Shown: positions 49,801 through 59,572 of the stretch, piece after piece | Position numbering within the stretch: position 1 is the first letter of the stretch | Layout: every line of letters starts with the position of its first letter | NCBI GenBank assembly: GCA_001179505.1 | Contig: CDMY01000362.1 | Location: 36,818-100,817 of the forward strand | DNA from: Vitrella brassicaformis CCMP3155 | Taxonomy: Eukaryota > Protista > Chromerida | Length of the DNA stretch: 64,000 nucleotides | Reading direction: 5' to 3' | Made by a program: the position numbers and the translations under genes | Notes under the pieces: generated by a model | The model's database searches: none | What the model was told of the DNA's origin: nothing | Seen by the model: only the letters and a program-made list of their open reading frames with translations

Positions 49801-52800
49801 ATCTCGAGAAGCGATTGGGTGCGGTTCTGCGCATCCAGTCCATGGTACGCCGCCATCGTGCTCGCAAGGAGTACGTGCAGCTCAAAGAAAACCTCAGGAG
49901 CGAGGTGCAAGGGGGCTGGCGGAGACTCGCAGAGGACAGGCTAGGTAATAAGAGAGAGGCCATCAAGCCCTGCAACCGTCTGGCAATGTATCCCTGTCGG
50001 TGTCATCTGCAGTGGTGTGGCAGGTGCATTGCGGCCTCCGCACAAGGGTGTCAAATCCTACTGACACCCTTGTGCGGCATGAGACCCTGTGGCAGCCCTG
50101 TCGGATGCACATTGGTCGTGACAGCCTCGTCATCCGGCCCTGGACGCTCTACAGGCTAGCGTCGCCCTTCCTGCAGCCCGTGACGGTGCCTCTCACATCG
50201 ATCATCGATGTCAAGCAGACGGATGACCGGGATGCCACTCGCATGCAAAGTTAGGGGACAATACAGGGATCCACTGTCCTTCGTGGTAGGCCAATGAAAA
50301 CAGCATGTATTTTGAATGACACATCTCCTGTTGTCAGGTGCTCCATCGCATTCATCGCAGCAGCTGGGCCGTTCCTACACGAGGAACCTAGCAGCATTTC
50401 GCTCGGAGGTGCCGCTCTCGTGGGTGCGGGAGTTGCGGCTGTGCGGAAGCGGCGACGATCCACCTAACGCACTCGTGATGGACCTGGAGATCCGCAGCGA
50501 ATTCATTCTCGACCCACGGGCCCTTCATGGTGGGAGACACGGATGGACGCATACTCAGTAGGGAACGATGCATATCTTGTGTCTCCGTCAGGTCCCACGG
50601 TAGAGGAGACGCTGGTGCTCAGTACGTTCGACTACTCGGACGCTCACCAGCTGCATCGCACTATCCAAAGCCGCATCTCCCAGCCGTCGGCGGAGCTGCT
50701 CCCTGGCGCCATCACCGAGCGCATCCCGTCATTCAACCCCTCCCACACAGGCCAGATGCCCCCACTGATCGCACAACAGAGTGAGTCCAGCGAGGGCAAG
50801 AGCGCCTTCAACGCAGCTGCCAGATGGACGGCGGCATCGCGGACGCAAGATGTGCTGGCAGGGGTGTCGCGGTCGAGCACCAAGGAGGCAGAGGGAGCGA
50901 CAACGCGCGGTGCTTTCATGCCTCCGGTCACTGATGTGTCGATTGCGGTTGAGAGTGGGGAGACTGAGGCGGAGGAAGGCGGCACTTGTTGGATGTGGCT
51001 GACGATCTGGTACGTCAAGGCTCTGCTGGCACCCGGCGCACAAGTGGCACGAGTTCAACCCCCACAGTGACCGCCCCAAACGAATGATTCCTGTCGGGAA
51101 CATCAAATACGTGACGGTGACGGAGCCGCCCAAACAACCACTCTTGAGCAAGGAGGTGAAGCGCCTCCTCGAATATCCCGCGACAGGTGACCAACGCCCA
51201 GGCACAGATGTCTGTACGCTTGGCTGCTGCACACTCTATAATTGTGTGTCCATACCTTCCAGCGCGGACGCACGACAGCGACGCGGAACCGCAGCAAGAC
51301 CTGGAGACGATGGAAATTGTCACTCGAGGAGGCGCATCTTACACCATCCGCCGCGCGGCTGACGTTTATCAACCAAGCCCAGACAGCTCCATCTCCCTCA
51401 AGAGCATGGAAGCTCAAATCAACCGCATGAAGCGGGACAAGACACTTCACGAGCTATTTGGCAAGTCGGCTCAAGAGCGCCGGAGAGCTGCCGACCAGTC
51501 GGACGCCAACACAGAGGCTTCGTGGACGGTACTGTCGAAACAGTACCAGTCGATGGTACCCATCACTGCCGGCGTGTGCCGTATTGGGGCTGACCTCTGC
51601 TGGGTGTGGCTCAGCAAGCAGCCCCTTGCTCTCCGATGCAAGAAGCTTCGGCCGGTCATTGAGGGCAACAAAGGCAGCACTGAGCCAACTGAGAGCACAG
51701 CAATGCGGCTCCTACGGCTTTCTGATGCCGCGAAAAGAGCTCAGGGGGCTGACAGGGGTCTTCCCCCTTTCCAGGCTCCGTCAATCCCCCGGCCGCCGCA
51801 GACAGGCTTCTTCCCGTTTGCATCGGGCCCGCCACCCCTCCCGCCCCCCCCCACCTCGATGCCACCGAGCATGGACACAAACGACGAGCCAGAGAAGGAC
51901 CCTCCGTCAGCCGCGGAGCCTAGACACCATGTCGCCTTGGACATGCAGCCGAGTACTGAGGAGGAAGTTCCCGATGAGCAGCCGGCGCGTAAGCCCAAGA
52001 GGTCCGTGAAGTCCGTGACAATGAAGATCGACCCGGAGGTGTCCATGGAGCTGCCCAAGAGCCCTCCGCCATTGCCGCATGGTGACGAAGACGGCATAGA
52101 AGAGGACTTAGGCGACGTGGTGGACCGCGACACCGCCGTATTAACCGACGACGACCGGGAGGCACTCATGGCGTCGGGTGGCATGATTGACGGTGTGCCT
52201 GACAAAGCACCCCACGAGCTCTGCGTCAAGATATTCTGGCAGTCCCTGGCCCGGCCGGGGAAGGTGGAGGACGTCAGGCTGCGATTCCCAAACCTCAAGT
52301 CCGCGACTGAGACAAAGGACTTCTTGCATCAGTGGATCGCGCATCAGCGGCAGCAAGGGCGGACGTCGCCCCTGTTCTCGCCCCCCGTGGCTGCCAAGAC
52401 GAGGCTGCCCTCCCGGTCATTCATGAAAAGCTTCAGCCGTTCAAGTCCCGGAGCACTCACAGTGTGCATGTGGACAAGCGGGGGAGGAGTGGGCAGCTGC
52501 CGGGTGGAGTGGCCATCGATGACGACGACGAGAAGCTGATAGAGAAGCAGATAGAAAAGATCAAATACGCAGAGTGGGGCGCATGGCGGACCGCTCTGGC
52601 CGTTGTCGGGAGGGAACATCCCATCGCACAGGTAAGACAGACAGACAGACAGATCTGAATCACATCCTCTTATGTCTCGGGTCCCTGTGTGCCGGTGTGT
52701 TGGTAGATACTACGGCCTGACCCTGAGCTGTCGTCCGTGCAAAAGAACCTGCTGCTGTTTATCGGCATTTACACCTTCCTCACCGTGTCGGCACTGTTCC

Positions 52801-54058
52801 TCGGCGCTGTGGGGGTGAGTGAACCCCAACCAAGCAGCAGAAAGATAACTAACCTCCAAAGGCCTCCATGAATGGCTCTGTCCAGGTGGACTCTCCCGAG
52901 ATCTTTTCCTTCCTGCTGTTTGGGCAGCCCTTCAAGCTGACGGTCCGCAACCTCATCATATGGATCTTGTCGCTCTTCCTGTCCATCCCGGTCCCACTCA
53001 TCATCAACAAGCTCTTCAGGAAAAAGGTGACTGACCCTTGCAATGATTGCACATCCATCGCGTCTCCGTTTGCCATACATGTGTGTGTGTGTGTGTTGCG
53101 TCACGCCATGCAGGTGCCGACCCCTCCCAAGTACAAGAAGTACCGGAAAGAGCTCAACAGGATTCGGGCCGCCAACGAAAAAAGAAGAAGGACAGCATGA
53201 AGGCCAAAGCCATGACCACCACAGAGGTGCGACCCAGCACATGACAAGAGAGTGCATACCCTACACGATTGTGTGCGTCTCTGTTCGTGTGTGTGTGTGC
53301 AGCTGGAGCAGATGGAGGGCGGCACGGATGGCCGTCGGTGGCAGGAGTGGCGCGAGACACCTATGACCGAAGAAGAGAAGGACAAAACCGTCAAGACGTG
53401 GAGAATCAAGGAGAATATCGGGTACGTAAGCATTCACACATCCCTCCAAGTGAAGTGTGGCATTTTTTCGTTGACAACGGACGGACACAGATACTTCCTA
53501 GCCGCCCTGTGGCTGTCCGGCTGTGTGTACTACCTGCTGGCTTTCACCGTGGTCTTCCCGTCATCCATCGGGGCCATCCGTGAGTTCTTCCTAACCGCAT
53601 CCTTAGACCTCATCCGCGCCAACATCATCGGCCCCATAACCAGAATGATTCTCCTCATTGTCGTCATCAGACTCTCCCTTGGTAAGGTGACAGACCAGGC
53701 GAAGTGAACAGCACGGCCAGTCTATGTCTCATGTCTCTCTGTCCCTTTTTGCAGCCACGAATGCGTTCGACGGTGTGCTGTCGGCCTTCCCGGCGCTGTT
53801 TGACTTCTCCTACCTGCAGCACCGCACCGCTGCACATGTGCAGGAGGACGTGCAGCTCTTTGAGGAGTGAGAGAGTGGGGGGCACGCTGCCATCTATATG
53901 CAAGAATGATCATCGTGCTGTGTGTGCACATATGTGTGTACAGGCGTGATGTGGGCATCACAGCGCCCGAGGATCCGGGTGACGGCGATGCCTTCGACGG
54001 TCTGGGGGATGTGGCCATTCCTGAGGCTAACCAGGTCGCCAACATGTTCAGGCGATGA
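37819..54058 (+). CDS. Giant polycystin-1-like adhesion receptor: ~11 Cys-rich repeats, SEA-like module, Myxococcus-type Cys repeat, REJ, GAIN/GPS, TM1, IQ motif, 4 further TMs; about 8 apparent frameshifts
   Basis: [35 protein letters not shown]; REJ-like LILDGSGSYDP..LVYSWFC and W.DDD(L)PLLYAF; GPS CGFWDD...WSSYGC...THLTCKCNHTTDFA; TM VGLWFVVTLTVVMIVLVLLAGW; IQSMVRRHRARKEY; HPIAQILRPDPELSSVQKNLLL followed by hydrophobic helices; stop at 54058. Confidence 0.85.
38520..38830 (+). repeat. Coding His/Pro/Glu-rich tandem repeats inside the receptor ectodomain
   Basis: A 62-bp block is identical at 38540 and 38621 (YHPFEHEHMIGPPLPFEGSE). Three ~45-54 bp units encode EQELQGMPPAPHYHFEG. Confidence 0.9.
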
Positions 54059-54527
54059 CAATGATGATATCCCGTAGCTGTCTCTCGGGTGTATTTGGCG
54101 AGCCGCATGGCATAGCGTAGTCTTGTCAGCGACACACCAATGCAAATTGACTGTAGCAGGCTCGCAGCCAGCAAGTAGTGAGTGCATATTTCATGTAGCC
54201 AGCCATGCATGTGTCGCATCGCACTGCGTCGCCTGTAGATCTCATTCATTCGCACGACCGCAGCTAGTCGTGAGATCGTCTCGCGAGGACAGTAGAGTAG
54301 CATGTTGGCATCGCTCCTGCGCATGTCTGTCTGTCTGTCTGTCTGCCTGCCTCATGCACTGTGTGTGGCTGGGGACTTGAATGGCTCCCTAGTCATGTAT
54401 CGATGCACGGATGGACACAAACAAACACCGACTGGCCTACACGTGAGTCAAGACACTCTGTCTGAATGCAATGCCTCACTCACTTTGCTCAAAAATGGCC
54501 ACAAAAAGACGACCTCACTCATTCGGC

Positions 54528-57001
54528 CTACACTGCTGCCACGTTTTTCTTCCTCTCGGTGAGGTGCACCTTCAGACCCATGGGCACCAGTGTGGGGGCG
54601 ACGCCAGCGATAACTGGGGGATAGTCGGGGGGCAGCGACACGTCGAAGTCACGCAGCAGGGACGCAACCATGACCTAATGGATAAGGCCACAGACAGGCG
54701 AGATGGAAGGAAAGCACATGATAGGCGCTCATGCATCAGCCCGACCTACCTACCTGGGCTTCCAGCAGGGCAAACTTCTGACCAATGCAGTTCCTGGGAC
54801 CTGGGTCCATCCATCCATCCATCCATCCACACACACACACGTACGTACTTGCCACCTGCGCTTCTCCTCTCGTCCATCTCTCAGGTGTGTGTACCTGCTC
54901 CAAAGGGTATGAAAGAGTGGGTGTGCCTCAGACCGCGCCGCGACGGCGTCTCCCCGTTGAACTCCTTTGCCGCCTCCCTGAGAGCGGCATCGGCCCACCT
55001 CTCGGGCTTGAAGGTGTCGGGCTCATCCCAGTAGGTCGAGTCGCGGTGGACGGCATACGCACTCAGCCACACGAACGTGCCCTTCGGGATCACCTGGGTG
55101 CCGACATGGGTGCGCTTGGTGGCCACGCGGCCCACGAAGGGGACGGGAGGATACATTCTGACACACACGCAGACAGAAACACACACAACACAACACACAT
55201 ACCATACACCGTGTGCGGTGCGCTTTTGGGTGTGCATCTGTCTGTTGCCTGCCTGGGTGGGGTTGCTGAATGAGCTGACTGACCGTAGAGTCTCCTTGAC
55301 AAAGCATCTGAGATAGTCGAGTCGGCCGATGGCGTCGAAGGTGATGGTCTCACCGGCCGGCACCACACTGTCGAGCTCACTCTGCAGACGATCCTGTTTG
55401 TTGGTAAAGGGGAACCACACAACACACATAAACCACACACGCATCGCATGTGTGTAGGTAGGGTAGGAGGTGAGGTTGTGCTCACTCACCTGGACGTCTC
55501 TCCTCGTCGCGAGGAAGTACATAGCCCAGGTCACGACGGATGCTGTCGTCTCATGACCCGCCTGCATTGCAATGGGCGCACCGCACCGTACACACATACA
55601 TTCACACATACCTACACGTCTGTCTGTCTCCCCACCCTCCCGGAGACCCCACCAACAAAAATGTGAGCGCTTCATCGACGATCATCTCATCAGGAATTCC
55701 ATCCACAGCTATCAGCTCGTCCAGCAGGTCCTTGCCGCCCTCGCTGCCTCTGCTCGTGTGTGTGTCCACCCCGTCCGCCCTCTCCTTGCGTCTGATGACC
55801 ATCTCCTGTCTGATCTTGGCGGCGATCTGCTGTCGGTGAAAGCGCACGCCGCCGCCAGAGGGGATGGGCAGCCTGCACCAGAGCGGCCCCACCATCATGC
55901 GACCGAGGAAGAAGGCCACAGGGTAGGCAAAGATCCGCTGCCACGCCCACACCATCCAGTCGTGGTCGAACGACCGCGAGAAGGCGCTGTCGATGATGAT
56001 GCTCAGAGTCAGCTCACTGACACACATTCACACAAACACAAGCCAAGCCAAGCCACCATCGACTGCATCCTTCCTCCACACGTGGCGGTGTGCATACCCG
56101 AGGTCAGCTCTGGTGCACTCGAAGGCACCCTTGTCCTTGATGGTTTGGTGGATCCTGTCGAGTGTCTGTTTGCAGTTGGCGGCCATGATGACCGACACGT
56201 CCTTGAGGGCACTGCATCCACACACAGGATGGACATCAGGCTCCACAGGTACAGAGTCGTCATGGCTGAGAAATGACCTGAAGTGGAACATGGGTGTCAG
56301 GAGCTTCCGCTGCCGATGCCACACCGCACCAGTCGACAGAGCCAACCTGCACGCGCTCACACACAGACAGACAGCCAGAGACTGGATTTATTCCTGGAGC
56401 CAGTGCGCCGTCTATGTGTGTCGCGGGTGTCTGCGGCGGCTTCCACACCCACCCGTTGCCGATGATTTCCTTGATGGCCGAGGTGGGCGGCTTGATGAAG
56501 GTCTCGTTGTCTTCCAAGACGGCTGCAATCATGTCGGGGTCATTGATCGATATCGCCTGGCCGAGATTAAACGAGGGGCCGATGTTGACCACCTGCACAC
56601 AAACACACAAAGACACAAAGACACGAGCACTTGTTAGCGTGGGTATGCATTTCCACGCCACCCTTACTTTGTGGAACCTCGTCGGATCCTTCGGATCTCT
56701 GGCGAACAAACACAGAGCACCGCGAGCAGTGCCAACCAAAGCATGCGAGGAACTTCCTTCCTCCCTCCCCTCAGGCTGCCGACCTCATTGCATTGTAGAA
56801 GTCCGAGAAGTGTTGCCCAAAGGCATCGACTATCGGCAGCAGCTTCTCCGGTCGAGGCAGGTCCTTGAGGTCCTCCAGCTGGATGAGGTAGCGCACACCC
56901 GCCCACATGCACCGCACCACGCCGTAGCTGCCGACGCCGATGGCCGCGTACTGCAGGGCCTTCCATGTGTCCAACGTGACAGGTGGTCGGGAATCACTCA
57001 T
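54528..57001 (-). CDS. Cytochrome P450, CYP4-clan-like, N-terminal membrane anchor
   Basis: GLALSTGAVWHRQRKLLTPMFHF, AGHETTAS (I helix), ETLRMYPP (ExxR), FKPERW, FIPFGAG|PRNCIGQKFALLEAQ (heme Cys across an intron). All exons in phase; ends KKNVAAV*. Confidence 0.95.
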
Positions 57002-57134
57002 CTTGCCCAATGTATGATGCAAACGGCGTGGCCTATCCGCTTCTCCAGATCTCTCTCCAAATCCGTCGCGAGCTCAAGCTTGCAGCGTTTTCGGTGCGGA
57101 TCTATCTGGCAAAGGCACTTGTTTGTGACGTCAT
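57002..57134. promoter_or_regulatory. Putative 133-bp bidirectional promoter between the P450 and GST-HIT genes
   Basis: Divergent ATGs at 57001 (-) and 57135 (+). Function is inferred from spacing only. Confidence 0.45.
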
Positions 57135-59212
57135 ATGGTGTGTGTGCTGCTGCTGACAGCGCTGGTTTTGCTCTTTCATTCAATCGAAAGCTTTCGTTTG
57201 CCCTCACCGCTCGTGTGCTCACTGCAGCCCGGAGGCAGCCGAGGCGTCAAGATGGTGCAGGAGACGCTCTACGACATGCCCATCAGCAACCACGGTCAGA
57301 CGATGCATGCGCCAACCATCATCTGTGTAGGAGGCTGACTTGACTGGCTCTGTGTTCTGTGTGTGTGTGTGTGTGCAGGTGCCCGCTGCCGGATGATAGT
57401 GTACAAGAAGGGCATAGAGGACCGGGTCACCATTCGCCCGCCAGGCGACCTGGGAGGCCTCAAGAGTGAAGAATACCTCAAAATCAACCCACAGGTGCGG
57501 GGCGTATGCATGGACCAGATGAGATGAGATGCCGCATCAACCAGACTATCACACACATGGCCATGGCACTGCACTGCAGGTCGGCTCTTTCTGTTGTGTG
57601 TGTCCTTCAGGGCAAGATGCCAACCTACGTGACAGACGGCGGTCTCCCTATACCTGAATCGGATCCGATTGCAAGATACCTTATCAATAAGTACTTGATG
57701 AACACAGGACAGGACAGACAGACGGGGCCACGTGGTTGTTCGTGTATGTGTGTGGGCGATGGTGCAGGTACCAGGGTGTGGGTGTGTCGTTTGTGCCGGC
57801 TGACGCCACTGCTCAGTTGCGGAGCGACATCGTGGGCCGGCTGCACGACGTCTACATCAGCCCCATCCAGGGCGCCATGTACAAGGCCGCACCGCCCTTC
57901 GGGCCGTTCGACGACCGGCAGGTGGGCGGGGTGGGTGCCGTGCTGCTCACATTACACTCACCATCCATCGATCCACAACATATGGATGGCTTCATTGGCT
58001 CGTGTCTGTTTGTCTGCAGGCGGCGTTGAGTGAGTTGAAGCGTCAGCTGGAGACGGTGGAGGCGTGTGTGTCCCCCGACGGGCCCTACATCACCGGCAGT
58101 GAGATCTCTCTGGCAGACGCGACCCTCTTCCCCACAATGGTCTTCATCACCTACATACTGCCCGAACAATTCGGTAAGTAATAAGGGGGAAGTGGTTCCT
58201 TCGTGTCTGTGTGTGTGTGTGTGTTAGTATGGATCGATCCTGTGTGTGAATGTGTGTGTTCAGGGTGGCAGCCTGCTGATGTGTTGCCTCCCAAGTTGGC
58301 GAGGTGGTTCCAGTGGATGCAGGCCAACGAGCCCTCTGCGAAGCGTGTCTTTGACGAGATCACCGGCGTCCTCAAGGTCAGTCAGCCATTCCCCAACCAA
58401 CAAGATGACCGACCCGACCCCACAGTGCAGTGCAGCAGTGTATGTGTGTGTATCTGTGCGCAGGGTTGGTCTGAGAAGGGTCGCTGGACCACTATTCTGG
58501 GCGCTGGGCTCAAGGATCAGGCACCCGCTACGGTACGGTACGGATGGACTCAGACAACGGATTCCCTCTTGTGGTGCGGTGCGGTGCGTGGATGTGTCTG
58601 TGTGTGTGTGTCGACATGCAGCTGTTCGACAAGATAATGAACAAGCAGGTGTCCGCCGACATCGTTCATGAGGATGACAGGTCAGCCAAACACCCACTCC
58701 CTCCCTCCCTCCCTCCATGGGTCGTCGCGTCATATGTATGCGCAGGTGTATGGCCATTCGCGACATCAATCCGCAGGGCCCCACCCACGTGCTGCTCTTC
58801 CCAAAGAGGAGGGACAACCTCACACAGCTCCGCCAGGCCACAGAGGAGCACAAGGGCATCCTCGGACACCTACTCGTCACGGCTGCAAAGGTGGGTGGCA
58901 CCACACCCATCAACACACACACACGGGCCTCACTGCCTCTCTGTGTCTGTGTGTGGACCTGTGTGTCGGGTGGCATTAGTTGGCGCGCGACGAGGGCTTC
59001 GAGGCCTACAGGATTGTCATCAATGATGGACCAAAGGTCAGTCAGCCTTGGCTGCAATAGAGAGAGATGGACTGACGTATGTATATGCAGCCGATCGAGT
59101 GTATGTGTGTGTGTGTGTGTCGTACCTGCCGTCCACACAGGCGTGTCAGTCGGTTTTTCACCTGCATGTGCACCTCATCGGCGGCCGCAGCTTCAGCTGG
59201 CCCCCTGGGTGA
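57135..59212 (+). CDS. Glutathione S-transferase - HIT (HINT1-like) fusion protein with signal peptide and transit-peptide-like leader
   Basis: GST: YDMPISNHGARCR, YLKINPQGKMP, PESDPIARYL, ISLADATLFP. Joined in phase 0 (KDQAPAT|LFDKIMNKQ) to HINT: DINPQGPTHVLLFPK, RIVINDG, QSVFHLHVHLIGGRSFSWPPG*. Leader MVCVLLLTALVLLFHSIES-FRLPSP. Confidence 0.9.
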
Positions 59213-59572
59213 TCGATCCGATCGGCGGCCGAGCCGACTCATGCGGTCCATGCTGCACGAAGACTGCTCGCGATTCATGGTTACGTGTGGGGCAGAAACA
59301 GAGATAACATACAGACCCTTTATGTTTGTGTGCGTATGAAGAGATTGCGTCATCACACATGAAGCATTCATTGAGTGAGCACACGAAAGTGAGTCCATGC
59401 AGCGCAGCCGAGCATGCTTCAGAACGACATATAAAGAGTATGCACACACACACACATACGGTACGGACACACTCTGGCGGCCAAACAGATTCCCTCCACT
59501 ACGCATGTCTCGTAGATCGCAACGCGAGCTCGAATTAAGGGAAGGGGAGCGAGTTCTATTGCCGTTGCAGGG

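Noticed and set aside
54881-54883. Stop codon before the P450 heme cysteine (FGAGTHT*)
   Set aside because: The stop is intronic; a phase-1 intron joins FGAG to PRNCIGQKF.
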